A DNA stretch of 64,000 nucleotides. Origin: an uncultured Alphaproteobacteria bacterium. GTDB lineage: Bacteria; Pseudomonadota; Alphaproteobacteria; HIMB59; GCA-002718135. The DNA lies in assembly GCA_902595855.1 (NCBI GenBank), contig CACJRY010000003.1, forward strand, positions 57,098 to 121,097, read 5' to 3'. A model generated the notes under the pieces. The model made no database searches. It was given only the letters and a program-made list of their open reading frames with translations, and was not told the DNA's origin. This document shows positions 37,199 to 47,104 of the stretch, piece by piece; the stretch's first letter is position 1, and each line of letters begins with the position of its first letter. The position numbers were made by a program, and so were the translations under genes.

Positions 37199-38047
37199 AT
37201 GCAGAAATTCTTGAAAAATAGTTTTAATATTAATGAAGCGTTAAATGAATTAATGCACGAGTCTGGAGTTATAGTTATTGAAAATGTCTATAACTTAAAT
37301 GATATCAAAGAAGCAAGAGAGATTGTTAATCATTTTGCAGATACGCAAGAACAAAAAGAGTCTCACTTTAATGCGGAGGCTGAAGCATCTGGTAAAATTA
37401 AGCTTCAACAAAGGGTTTGGAATTTATTTGGCAAGGGAGAAGTTTTTAGTAAATTAATTTCAGATGATATTGTTTTTAGTTTAATGTCTAAACTTTTAGG
37501 ATCAGAATTTTTTTGTGGATCTTACTGCGCAAGTAGATTACTACCAGGTTCTCCAGGACAGGAACTTCATCTAGATTATCCATATTGGGATTTTTATAAT
37601 ACCGAGACTTTTCCTATGGGTCTTAATAGTTCATTTGCTCAAAATTGTCAGGCAACAATACCTCTGGATGTTTGTTCAGAAGAATCAGGAGCAACAGCTT
37701 ACATACCAAGATCTCAAAAAAAATTACACTATCCAAATGAAAATGATGATTTTTCAAATAGACAACAAATGATTGCAAATCCTGGAGATTTAGTTTTTTT
37801 TAATGGCAACTGCTGGCATGGAGCCTCACCTAATAAATCAAATCACCAAAGAGCAGCATTATTGATTGAGTTCCTTCCTAAATACATAAAACCAGTTGAA
37901 GATTTAGTCACATATTTATCTGACGAGTTTAAAAATAATTCAAATCCAAAAGTGCGACAACTTTTAGGATTAAATTATGAATATCCAAAAATTATGGATG
38001 TTAGTAAAAAAACAAATAATATTGGTTTAGGTTACAAAGCTAAATAA
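37199..38047 (+). CDS. phytanoyl-CoA dioxygenase (PhyH)-family Fe(II)/2-oxoglutarate oxygenase-like protein
   Basis: 282 aa with facial-triad pattern ELHLDYPYW (H-x-D) and CWHGASPN (distal His), plus a following Arg (NHQRAAL). Confidence 0.7.
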   Translation: MQKFLKNSFNINEALNELMHESGVIVIENVYNLNDIKEAREIVNHFADTQEQKESHFNAEAEASGKIKLQQRVWNLFGKGEVFSKLISDDIVFSLMSKLLGSEFFCGSYCASRLLPGSPGQELHLDYPYWDFYNTETFPMGLNSSFAQNCQATIPLDVCSEESGATAYIPRSQKKLHYPNENDDFSNRQQMIANPGDLVFFNGNCWHGASPNKSNHQRAALLIEFLPKYIKPVEDLVTYLSDEFKNNSNPKVRQLLGLNYEYPKIMDVSKKTNNIGLGYKAK

Positions 38048-38102
38048 AATCTATATTTTTAAGTTAAATTCACTATAAATATTTTAAAATAATAGAATCA
38101 GA

Positions 38103-39248
38103 ATGAAAAACATTGGATTAATAGGATGTGGAAATATTGCTGAAACATATTTTCGATCACAGGATTATTTTAATAATATAAATTTTGTAGCATGCGCTGA
38201 TAAATTTCATGAAGCTGCAATTAAATGCGCTGAACAAAATAAAATTACAGCATTATCAGTTGATGAAATTCTAAAAGATAAGGATATTGATATAATTCTT
38301 AATCTAACAATACCACAAGCACATTTTGAAGTTTCAAAACTAGCCTTAGAGTCTGGCAAGCATGTGTATAGTGAAAAACCAATGTCAATTACATATGATG
38401 ATGCAAAATATCTTCTAGAATTAGCAAGCAAAAATAATCTTTATTTTGGAAATGCTCCAGACACTTTCCTAGGTGGAGGAGGTCAATTATCAAGAGAATT
38501 GGTTGACAAAGATGAGATTGGTAAAATTTTAACAGGAAATTTTATTTTTGCTTTCCCTGGAGTTCATGAATTTCACCCTAATCCAGAATCGTGGTTTCAA
38601 GTTGGTGGTGGTCCTGTAATTGATATGGGACCATATTTTTTCACAACTCTTGTTAATTTGTTAGGACCTGCAAAAAATGTAAGAGCGAGAGGAAAATTGT
38701 TTTCTAATCAACGTGAGTATTTAGTTGGACCTAAAAAAGGTAAATTTTTTGATGTTGAAATACCAACATCCGTTATGTTCGATGTAGAATTTGTGAATGA
38801 AGCTATAGTCCAAGGCTTTATATCATTTGATGTCCAAAATCATGCAAGAAATCATATGGAGTTGTATGGAACTAAAGGATCTTTAGTTGTTCCTGACCCA
38901 AATATGTTTGGAGGACCTGTTCAACTTTCACATGAGCTTGGATCTGAATGGAAAGACCTTTCGGTTGAAAAAAAATACTTAGGTAAAACTAATATTATAA
39001 ATCATAGTGGCCGTAGCAATGAAGCGCCTAGGCAATCAAACTATAGAGGTTTTGGATTAGCTGAAATGATTTACTCAATTGAAAATAATCGTAAGCATCG
39101 CTGTAATGATCAGTTAGCTTTACACGTGTTAGATTTAATAGAGTCTACAATTCTTGCTGCTGAGTCAAAAAAAGAAATTCAGCTAAGATCATCATGTGAA
39201 CAACCAAAGCCCATTACTGAAGAGGAGATAAAAATATTACTAAAATGA
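38103..39248 (+). CDS. Gfo/Idh/MocA-family NAD(P) oxidoreductase
   Basis: 381 aa with N-terminal IGLIGCGNIAETYF Rossmann motif and the EKP block (YSEKPMS). Confidence 0.8.
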   Translation: MKNIGLIGCGNIAETYFRSQDYFNNINFVACADKFHEAAIKCAEQNKITALSVDEILKDKDIDIILNLTIPQAHFEVSKLALESGKHVYSEKPMSITYDDAKYLLELASKNNLYFGNAPDTFLGGGGQLSRELVDKDEIGKILTGNFIFAFPGVHEFHPNPESWFQVGGGPVIDMGPYFFTTLVNLLGPAKNVRARGKLFSNQREYLVGPKKGKFFDVEIPTSVMFDVEFVNEAIVQGFISFDVQNHARNHMELYGTKGSLVVPDPNMFGGPVQLSHELGSEWKDLSVEKKYLGKTNIINHSGRSNEAPRQSNYRGFGLAEMIYSIENNRKHRCNDQLALHVLDLIESTILAAESKKEIQLRSSCEQPKPITEEEIKILLK

Positions 39249-40480
39249 TTGATGTTGAAAAAATTGAAAAAAAAATAATAAAAGAAAAAAAATTTTTGAG
39301 GGATAAATCTCAAAATTATAATAATAATTTTTTAAATATTCAAAAATATATCGAAAAAGAAATTATAAATATTGAAGAATTAAAAAAAAATAATTTGAAT
39401 ATTATTCCTGAAATAAATTTGAATGATTTAGAATCTAATTCAGAAAAATTTATTGCTGAAGTAAAAAACAGAGGTTGTGTCGTTATTAGAGATGTATTTG
39501 AAGACAGTATGATGAAAAAAATGAATACTGAACTTGAGACTTATATTGAAGAAAATAATTATTATGAAGATCAAAAGAAGAAAGCAAATATTGATAATTA
39601 CTTTAGTGATCTTAAGTCAGGTAAACCTCAGATATTTGGCTTGTATTGGTCAAAAACACAAGTAAACATTCGACAAGCATTAGAATTAGAAAAAGTAAAA
39701 AAATGGCTGAATCATCTATGGCAGTATAAAGATAATAATAATGATTTAATTTTTGATCCAAATAATGAGCTTGTATATGCAGATAGAGTAAGAAGAAGAG
39801 AGCCAGGTGACTCAACACTTGGGTTATCACCTCATTGTGATGCTGGTTCTGTGGAGCGCTGGATAGATAGAGGCTATCAGTCTGTTTATGAAAAAATATT
39901 TTCTGATGATTTTGAAAATTATGATCCATTTAATGCTACTTTTAGAAATACCACTCAAATGATAGAATCTCCCGCAGTTAGCCATGTATTTAGAACTTTT
40001 CAGGGTTGGGTTGCTCTTACTGAACAAGGTCCTGGGGATGGAACATTGCAATTAATACCTATTGCGAAGTCTATGGCTTACATCTTAACTAGAGCTTTGA
40101 TGGATGATGTTGATGAGTCAAATTTATGTGGTTCTAAACCTGCTCGTGCATTATCAATTAATAGTAAATACCATGCTTTATTGTTAAGAGGACTTGTCTC
40201 TATTCCAAAAATGAAACCAGGGGACACTGTCTGGTGGCACCCTGATATAGTTCATGCAGTAGAAGATATGCATTCCGGACAAGGATATTCAAATGTAGTT
40301 TATGTAGGGTCAACACCCTATTGCAAAAAAAACTTGGAGTATTCAAAAAAACAAGCTCAAAAATTTTTGGAAGGTAAAAGTCCACCTGATTTTGCTCCCG
40401 AGGATTATGAAGTGAGTTATAAAAATAGAGCTACGTTAGATGATCTTACTCCTCTTGGAAAAAAACAACTCGCTTTGTAA
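39245..40480 (+). CDS. DUF1479 (YbiU-like) protein, putative Fe(II)/2OG oxygenase fold
   Basis: 411 aa, similar in size to E. coli YbiU as I recall it. Blocks LSPHCDAGSVERW (H-x-D) and WWHPDIVHAVE. It overlaps the oxidoreductase stop by 4 nt. Confidence 0.6.
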   Translation: MIDVEKIEKKIIKEKKFLRDKSQNYNNNFLNIQKYIEKEIINIEELKKNNLNIIPEINLNDLESNSEKFIAEVKNRGCVVIRDVFEDSMMKKMNTELETYIEENNYYEDQKKKANIDNYFSDLKSGKPQIFGLYWSKTQVNIRQALELEKVKKWLNHLWQYKDNNNDLIFDPNNELVYADRVRRREPGDSTLGLSPHCDAGSVERWIDRGYQSVYEKIFSDDFENYDPFNATFRNTTQMIESPAVSHVFRTFQGWVALTEQGPGDGTLQLIPIAKSMAYILTRALMDDVDESNLCGSKPARALSINSKYHALLLRGLVSIPKMKPGDTVWWHPDIVHAVEDMHSGQGYSNVVYVGSTPYCKKNLEYSKKQAQKFLEGKSPPDFAPEDYEVSYKNRATLDDLTPLGKKQLAL

Positions 40481-40503
40481 TTTATTTTTATTCATAATAA
40501 ATT

Positions 40504-40929
40504 TTACCAAGACCCATTATTTTCCATTGAAGCCCAGGGCTCTTTTATTGGAAGAGCTTCACCCTCTTGAAGTATTTCAATAGAGATATTATCTGGAGAT
40601 TTTATAAATGCCATGCGCCCATCTCTAGGCGGTCTATTAATAGTAATGCCATTTTTAATTAAACGTTCGCATGTTTCATAAATATTATTCACACTATAGG
40701 CTAAGTGTCCAAAATTTCTTCCACCAGTATATTCTTCAGGATCCCAATTATATGTTAATTCAAGTAAACCAGTTTTTTCATCACTATTTTCAGCTCCAAG
40801 AAAAATAAGCGTAAATCTTCCTTTTTCACTTTCCTTACGTCTTACTTCTTTAAGACCCAATTTATTACAATAAAAATCAATAGACTCCTCAATATTTTTT
40901 ACTCTTACCATAGTATGCAAATATTTCAT
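40504..40929 (-). CDS. gloA: lactoylglutathione lyase (glyoxalase I)
   Basis: Core sequence [26 protein letters not shown] ... ELTYNWD ... FGHLAY ... IEILQ is typical of GloA. Start set at the internal ATG at 40929; the track start at 40983 adds 18 Lys-rich residues. Confidence 0.85.
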   Translation of the reverse strand: MKYLHTMVRVKNIEESIDFYCNKLGLKEVRRKESEKGRFTLIFLGAENSDEKTGLLELTYNWDPEEYTGGRNFGHLAYSVNNIYETCERLIKNGITINRPPRDGRMAFIKSPDNISIEILQEGEALPIKEPWASMENNGSW

Positions 40930-41041
40930 TTTTACCTCAATTTTTAATTTCTTATCCGAAATTTTTTTACGTAATTCTACCATATATTTTAAAATATAGT
41001 ATGTTTTAAAATTGTTTATACGAATATATCTGGAGGAATAA

Positions 41042-42355
41042 ATGAGTGACTATTTTAAGAATATTAATGAAATAATTTATGAAGGACCTGATAGTGACAA
41101 TCCTTTAAGCTTCAAATATTATGATGAAAGCAAAAAAGTGCTTGGAAAAACGATGAAAGAACATCTTCGTTTTGCAACATGTTATTGGCACACATTTACT
41201 TGGCCTGGGTTAGATCCGTTTGGAGGTGCAACATTTGAAAGACCATGGATGTCTGGAGAAGAACCTCTTAAAATGGCAGAAATGAAACTTGATGAAGCTT
41301 TTGATTTCTTTGCAAAAATAAAAACTCCTTTCTTTTGTTTTCATGACAGAGACATTTCTCCTGAAGGAACATCGTATAAAGAAACTCAAAAGAATTTTCT
41401 TCATATTATTGATTTGATGGAATCAAAAATGGAGTCTTCTAATGTTAAGCTGTTGTGGGGAACAGCAAATGCCTTTTCTCACAAACGATACATGAGTGGT
41501 GCATCAACAAATCCTGATCCTGAAGTATTTGCATATAAAGCTGCTCAAGTGAAAGATTGTATGGATGCAACTAAAAGATTAGGTGGTGCTAATTATGTTC
41601 TTTGGGGAGGTAGGGAAGGATATGAAACAATTCTTAATACAAATATGAAATTAGAGATCAATAACTTAAAACGATTTCTCGAACTTGTTGTAGATTACAA
41701 GCATAAGATTGGTTTTGACGGTCAAATCTTACTTGAGCCTAAACCGCATGAACCGACTAAACATCAATATGATTTTGATGCAGCTGCATGTTTAGCTTTT
41801 CTTAGAAATGCAGGCTTAGAGAATGAAATAAAATTAAATATTGAAGCTAATCACGCAACATTATCAGGACATAGCTTTGAGCATGAAATTGCTTATGCAA
41901 TTGCTAACAATGCACTTGGAAGTCTAGATATTAATAGAGGAGATACCTTGTTAGGGTGGGATACTGATCAATTTCCAAATAGTGTTGGTGAGTTAATTCT
42001 TCCTTTTTATCATATTTTTTCAAATGGAGGCATTGGAAATGGAGGGTTAAACTTTGATGCGAAAATTCGAAGACAATCAATAGAGCCTGAAGATTTATTT
42101 TATGCCCATATTGGTGGTATGGATATATGTGCTAGAACACTTTTAGCAGTTGAAAAAATGATCAACGATAAAAAAATCTCTAATTATGTTGCACAAAGAT
42201 ATGAGGATTGGCAAAAAGATCTTGGGCAATTTATCCATGATAAAAGTACTTCTCTTGATGCGATTCATCAAAAAGTCCTTGATGGTAATATTGAGCCTGA
42301 GCCAAGATCTGGAAATCAAGAGTATTTAGAAAATATTTTAAATAAGTACTTATAG
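41042..42355 (+). CDS. xylA: xylose isomerase
   Basis: 437 aa class II XylA with blocks [22 protein letters not shown] and [17 protein letters not shown]. Confidence 0.92.
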   Translation: MSDYFKNINEIIYEGPDSDNPLSFKYYDESKKVLGKTMKEHLRFATCYWHTFTWPGLDPFGGATFERPWMSGEEPLKMAEMKLDEAFDFFAKIKTPFFCFHDRDISPEGTSYKETQKNFLHIIDLMESKMESSNVKLLWGTANAFSHKRYMSGASTNPDPEVFAYKAAQVKDCMDATKRLGGANYVLWGGREGYETILNTNMKLEINNLKRFLELVVDYKHKIGFDGQILLEPKPHEPTKHQYDFDAAACLAFLRNAGLENEIKLNIEANHATLSGHSFEHEIAYAIANNALGSLDINRGDTLLGWDTDQFPNSVGELILPFYHIFSNGGIGNGGLNFDAKIRRQSIEPEDLFYAHIGGMDICARTLLAVEKMINDKKISNYVAQRYEDWQKDLGQFIHDKSTSLDAIHQKVLDGNIEPEPRSGNQEYLENILNKYL

Positions 42356-42371
42356 TTCAAATTTTAAATCT

Positions 42372-42403
42372 AGTTTATAGGTGTATTTATATACCTATAA
42401 ACT
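42372..42403 (+). other. 11-bp hairpin between xylA and ribF (island/core boundary)
   Basis: AGTTTATAGGT (42372-42382) pairs with ACCTATAAACT (42393-42403), with a 10-nt loop. It ends 3 nt before the ribF GTG start and has no U-tract. Confidence 0.4.
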
Positions 42404-42406
42404 GAA

Positions 42407-43336
42407 GTGAAATTACATAATTTAAATACAAGGAAAAGTTTTAAAATTAAAAACCTGTGTTTGTGCATCGGCAATTTTGATGGTGTTCATTTAGGCCATC
42501 AACATTTGATAAAAAAAATTATTAAAAATGCAAAATTAGATCAATTAAGATCAGCTATATTAACTTTTGTTCCACATCCCAAAATATATTTTAATAGGAA
42601 TAATGATAATTTTAACATCATGATAAATGATGATAAAAAAAAATTACTAAATTTATTAGGAGTTGAAAATTATATTGAATATAAATTTAACAAATCATTA
42701 TCAAGTTTAGATCCTAAAAAATTTATTGAAAAAATTTTAGTTCAACAATTACATATAAAAAAAATAGTAGTTGGAAAAGATTTTCGATTTGGGAAAGATA
42801 GAGCAGGAGATACGACACTATTAAAAAAACTATCTAATAAATTTGGTTATAAATTATCAATTATAGGCGATGTAAAAAGCAAGAAAACTAATACTAAATT
42901 TTCCTCTTCAACTATCAGAAGAAACATACATCAAGGTTCATTTGAAAAAGTGTCACAGGCGCTTGGGCGTAATTGGTGTATGGAGGGTAAAATTATAAAA
43001 GGTAATCAAAAAGCAAGACTAATAAATTTCCCCACTGCAAATATGAAGCCAGGAAATCATATTTTGCCAAAAAAAGGTGTGTACTGTGTTAATGTTAAAT
43101 TTAGACGTAATTTGTATAAAGGAGTTGCTAATTTTGGAGAACGACCAACAGTAAATGGAGTAAATTTACTTTTAGAGACACATATATTTGAATTTACAAA
43201 AAATATTTATGGTAAAGAATTGACTGTTGAATTTCTAACATTTATTAGACCAGAAAAAAAGTTTAAGGACTTTAAATCGCTAACGAATCAAATTAAAAAA
43301 GACGTAATTAAAGCAAAAAAATATCATAAAATTTAA
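42407..43336 (+). CDS. ribF: bifunctional riboflavin kinase / FMN adenylyltransferase
   Basis: 309 aa with IGNFDGVHLGHQ near the N-terminus and riboflavin-kinase blocks FPTANM and LETHIFEF. GTG start. Confidence 0.9.
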   Translation: MKLHNLNTRKSFKIKNLCLCIGNFDGVHLGHQHLIKKIIKNAKLDQLRSAILTFVPHPKIYFNRNNDNFNIMINDDKKKLLNLLGVENYIEYKFNKSLSSLDPKKFIEKILVQQLHIKKIVVGKDFRFGKDRAGDTTLLKKLSNKFGYKLSIIGDVKSKKTNTKFSSSTIRRNIHQGSFEKVSQALGRNWCMEGKIIKGNQKARLINFPTANMKPGNHILPKKGVYCVNVKFRRNLYKGVANFGERPTVNGVNLLLETHIFEFTKNIYGKELTVEFLTFIRPEKKFKDFKSLTNQIKKDVIKAKKYHKI

Positions 43337-46110
43337 TGGAATATAAAGATACCATCTTCTTACCCAAATCATCTTTTGAAATGAGAGGAAATTTACCTCT
43401 CAAGGAACCAAAAATTCTTGAGCAATGGGATAAAGAAAAAATTTTTTATAAATTAAGAGAAAAATCAAAAGGTAGAGAAAAATTTGTTCTCCATGATGGA
43501 CCTCCTTACGCCAATGGACATATTCATATGGGGACAGCACTAAACAAAATACTTAAAGATGTAATCGTTAGAACGCAGCAAATGGCTGGAAAAGACTCTA
43601 TATATGTTCCAGGATGGGATTGTCATGGTCTTCCAATTGAATGGAAAATTGAGGAGAGTTATAGGAAAAAAGGTAAAAATAAAGATGATGTTCCAGTTGT
43701 ACAGTTCAGGCAAGAGTGTAGAGAATTTGCAGAAAAATGGATAGAGATTCAGAAAAAAGAATTTAGAAGATTAGGTGTTGAGGGAGATTGGTCTAACCCA
43801 TATCTTACTATGTCTAATGAAGCAGAAGCTCAAATTGTTCGAGAGCTTGGAAAATTTCTAATTGATGAGAGTCTTTACAAAGGTGCTAAGCCCGTTCTAT
43901 GGTCTGTAGTTGAAAAAACAGCATTAGCAGATGCTGAGGTTGAATATGAAGATCATACCTCTAATACAATTTATGTAAAATTTCTAATCACTAGCGCTGG
44001 TGATAAAGACTTAGAGGGATCAAATATTGTTATTTGGACAACAACTCCATGGACAATTCCAGGAAATAGAGCTTTAGCATTTGGTTCCGATTTAAAATAC
44101 TCCATCATTGAAGTTAAAAAAACTACCGAGGAGTCTCTAGCTATAATTGGAGAAAAACTTGTTTTAGCAAAAGATCTGGTAAAACAAGTTTGTGATGAAA
44201 TAGGAATTGACGACTATCAAGAAATTAAAGAATTTGATGGTAATAATTTATCTGATTGTGAATGTGAACATCCATTTAAAAAAATCGGTTATGATTTTGT
44301 TGTAAAACCATTTCATGGTGACTTTGTTAATTTAGAGCAAGGTACGGGCATAGTACATATTGCGCCAGGTCATGGTGACGATGATTATAATTTAGGTATT
44401 AAAAATGGTGTTGATATTATTCAGACCGTTCAGGATGATGGAAAGTATAATAATCATGCAAAGGGATTTGAAGGTGAACACATTTATAAAGTAGATGGTA
44501 AAATTTCAGATAAGTTAAATGAGCTTACAAAATTATTATTTAAAGGAACGCTACGTCATAGCTATCCACACTCTTGGAGGTCCAAGGCTCCTTTAATTTA
44601 TAGAAATACACCTCAGTGGTTTATTTCGATGGAAAAAAATCAGTTAAGAGATACGGCGTTAAAATCAATTGATGAAACTATTTTCTATCCAGCCCAAGGT
44701 CAAACGCGTCTTCGCTCTATGATAGAAACTAGACCCGACTGGTGCATTTCAAGACAGAGAGTTTGGGGAGTTCCTTTACCTTTATTTGTTAGTAAAGAAA
44801 CTGGTCAACCACTTCGAGACCAAGAAGTTATTGATCGAATTGCAGATATATATGAAAAAGAAGGAAGTGATACATGGTTTACTGAAGACCCTCAGAGATT
44901 TCTTGGAGATAAATATTCAATCGATGATTTTGAGCAAGTTAAAGATGTTGTAGAAGTTTGGTTTGATAGTGGTTCTACACATGCGTTTTGTTTAGAAAAA
45001 AGAGAGGATCTAAAATGGCCTGCATCGATGTATCTAGAGGGTAGTGACCAACATCGCGGCTGGTTTCACTCATCATTGCTAGAGTCTTCAGGAACAAGAG
45101 GTAGGGCTCCGTATGAAAGCGTATTAACCCATGGTTTTGTTGTAGATGGCAAAGGAAGAAAAATGTCTAAATCTCTAGGTAATGTTATTTCCCCAGATGA
45201 TATTTTGAAAAAATATGGCGTAGATATTTTAAGGTTGTGGGTAGTGGCTTCAGATTATTATGATGATCTGAAATTAGATAATGCAATTTTACAAGCTCAA
45301 ACAGACTCTTATAGAAGAATTAGAAATACCTTTAGATATATTATAGGTAATCTTGATGGTTTTGATAATAGTGAAAAAATTGATGAAAGTGAGTTTCCTG
45401 ATTTAGAAAAATATATCCTTCACCGATTATGGGAACTTGATCAAATTATTTCTAACTGTGTAAAAAACTTTAACTTTCATTTAATGTTTACAACCTTACT
45501 TAATTTTTGCTCTAATGATCTTTCAGCATTCTATTTTGATATTAGAAAAGATGTTATTTATTGTGATGGAAAAAAATCAAAAATAAGACGATCAGCAAGA
45601 ACACTTTTAGAGACAATCTTTAATTATTTAGTTCGCTGGCTTGCTCCTTCATTGTCATTTACAACTGAAGAAGCCTGGAAAGCTATGGGTAATAAAACAA
45701 GTATTCATTTAGAGGATTTTTTACATACTCCAGCAAATTATGAAAACTCAAAAATTAATGAAAATTGGAAAGTTTTAAAACAAATTAGAAAAGTAATAAC
45801 TGGTGCCTTAGAAAAAAAGAGGGCTGAAAAAATAATTGGCTCTAGTTTAGAGGCTCATCTTGATATTTATGTTGATGGCAAAACATTAGAAAAAATTAAA
45901 AACTATCCTTTGGATGAGATAAGTATTACTTCATCATTTTCTTTACATGTATTAACTGATGAATCACAAGGGTTTTCTGTAGAAGATGTGTTAAATGTTA
46001 AAATAGCTGTTTCAAAAACAAAAGGACAAAAGTGTCAAAGATGTTGGAAATATAAAGAACAGCTAATACGTGATGAAATATGTGAGCGTTGCAATAATGC
46101 CATTTTATGA
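43336..46110 (+). CDS. ileS: isoleucine--tRNA ligase
   Basis: 924 aa with HIGH-type PPYANGHIHMGTALNK, KMSKS (RKMSKSLGN) and a C-terminal Cys cluster CQRCW...CERC. It overlaps the ribF stop (TAATG). Confidence 0.97.
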   Translation: MEYKDTIFLPKSSFEMRGNLPLKEPKILEQWDKEKIFYKLREKSKGREKFVLHDGPPYANGHIHMGTALNKILKDVIVRTQQMAGKDSIYVPGWDCHGLPIEWKIEESYRKKGKNKDDVPVVQFRQECREFAEKWIEIQKKEFRRLGVEGDWSNPYLTMSNEAEAQIVRELGKFLIDESLYKGAKPVLWSVVEKTALADAEVEYEDHTSNTIYVKFLITSAGDKDLEGSNIVIWTTTPWTIPGNRALAFGSDLKYSIIEVKKTTEESLAIIGEKLVLAKDLVKQVCDEIGIDDYQEIKEFDGNNLSDCECEHPFKKIGYDFVVKPFHGDFVNLEQGTGIVHIAPGHGDDDYNLGIKNGVDIIQTVQDDGKYNNHAKGFEGEHIYKVDGKISDKLNELTKLLFKGTLRHSYPHSWRSKAPLIYRNTPQWFISMEKNQLRDTALKSIDETIFYPAQGQTRLRSMIETRPDWCISRQRVWGVPLPLFVSKETGQPLRDQEVIDRIADIYEKEGSDTWFTEDPQRFLGDKYSIDDFEQVKDVVEVWFDSGSTHAFCLEKREDLKWPASMYLEGSDQHRGWFHSSLLESSGTRGRAPYESVLTHGFVVDGKGRKMSKSLGNVISPDDILKKYGVDILRLWVVASDYYDDLKLDNAILQAQTDSYRRIRNTFRYIIGNLDGFDNSEKIDESEFPDLEKYILHRLWELDQIISNCVKNFNFHLMFTTLLNFCSNDLSAFYFDIRKDVIYCDGKKSKIRRSARTLLETIFNYLVRWLAPSLSFTTEEAWKAMGNKTSIHLEDFLHTPANYENSKINENWKVLKQIRKVITGALEKKRAEKIIGSSLEAHLDIYVDGKTLEKIKNYPLDEISITSSFSLHVLTDESQGFSVEDVLNVKIAVSKTKGQKCQRCWKYKEQLIRDEICERCNNAIL

Positions 46111-46576
46111 ATTGATAAATTTGCGAACAATCCTAATTTTTGTAATTTTAATATCGTTTGATTTAATTTCAAAATATTTAGTTTATTACTATATTGACTT
46201 ATATCAATTTATAAAAATAACACCTTTTTTTGATATTACGCACATCCATAATTTTGGAGTTTCATTTGGATTATTTTCAGGAACAATACCTTCCATATAT
46301 TTAATTATAATTGGTTTATTAGTAGTTTTTTTTATCTTTTATCTTTTAGTAAATGCACAAGACAAACTAGAACAGTGGGGCTTGTTTATTATAATATGTG
46401 GAGCTTTAGCAAATATTATTGATAGATTTATAAATGGTTACGTAATAGATTTCATTTACTTGCATATCAATCAATATTATTGGCCTGCTTTTAATTTTGC
46501 TGATATTTATATATCAATTGGTATAATAATGATATTATTGAACATAATAAAAAAATTAAAAAAAAATAAAAAATGA
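46097..46576 (+). CDS. lspA: lipoprotein signal peptidase II
   Basis: Four TM segments with blocks NFGVSFG and FNFADIYISIG. The in-frame ATG at 46097 is preferred; the track start at 46070 lies deeper inside ileS. Confidence 0.88.
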   Translation: MPFYELINLRTILIFVILISFDLISKYLVYYYIDLYQFIKITPFFDITHIHNFGVSFGLFSGTIPSIYLIIIGLLVVFFIFYLLVNAQDKLEQWGLFIIICGALANIIDRFINGYVIDFIYLHINQYYWPAFNFADIYISIGIIMILLNIIKKLKKNKK

Positions 46577-47100
46577 AAAAAATAATTTTTATAGTCTTAT
46601 TTTGTTCTCTATTTATAGTTTCATGCTCAAAAGTTAGAGAAAGTGCAGGAGTGAACCGAAAAAATATCGATGAATTTGCAGTTATTGAAAATCCTCCACT
46701 CATTATTCCTCCAGATTTTAACCTTTTACCTCTAGATCAATTAGAAGAAAAAAAACTTGATAATGAAGAGAGTGAATTAGCTAAAGAGATACTTTTTGGA
46801 TTAGAGGGTGATACAGACACGAATAACTTAGATTTATCAACTATGGAAAATATATTAAGTCAAAGTAATGCTGATAAGACAGATAATAGTATTAGGGATG
46901 AAATTGATGAACAGTTTGCATCGGAAAAAAAATCAACTTCTAAAAATTGGGATAATGAAATAGAAATATTAGACTCTATAGCTGAGTCAGAAAGATTAAG
47001 AAATGAGCTTCTGAATGATGAGCTTAAATCAAACGAAGTAATTCCAACAGTAAAGGTAAAAGATAAAAATAAAAAGAAAAAAAGATTTTTCTTTTTTTAG
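46573..47100 (+). CDS. acidic lipoprotein (DUF3035-like, conserved after lspA in alphaproteobacteria)
   Basis: 175 aa with lipobox LFIVSC after a signal peptide. ATGA overlap with lspA. Confidence 0.65.
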   Translation: MKKIIFIVLFCSLFIVSCSKVRESAGVNRKNIDEFAVIENPPLIIPPDFNLLPLDQLEEKKLDNEESELAKEILFGLEGDTDTNNLDLSTMENILSQSNADKTDNSIRDEIDEQFASEKKSTSKNWDNEIEILDSIAESERLRNELLNDELKSNEVIPTVKVKDKNKKKKRFFFF

Positions 47101-47104
47101 TTAA

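Noticed and set aside
47050-47100. An A-run/T-run inverted repeat (AAAAAGAAAAA ... TTTTTCTTTTT) at the 3' end of the lipoprotein gene, which encodes the odd tail KKKKRFFFF.
   Set aside because: A pure A/T stem would be very weak, and it lies inside the coding sequence 4 nt before pgi. It is most simply low-complexity sequence. There is no support for a regulatory role.
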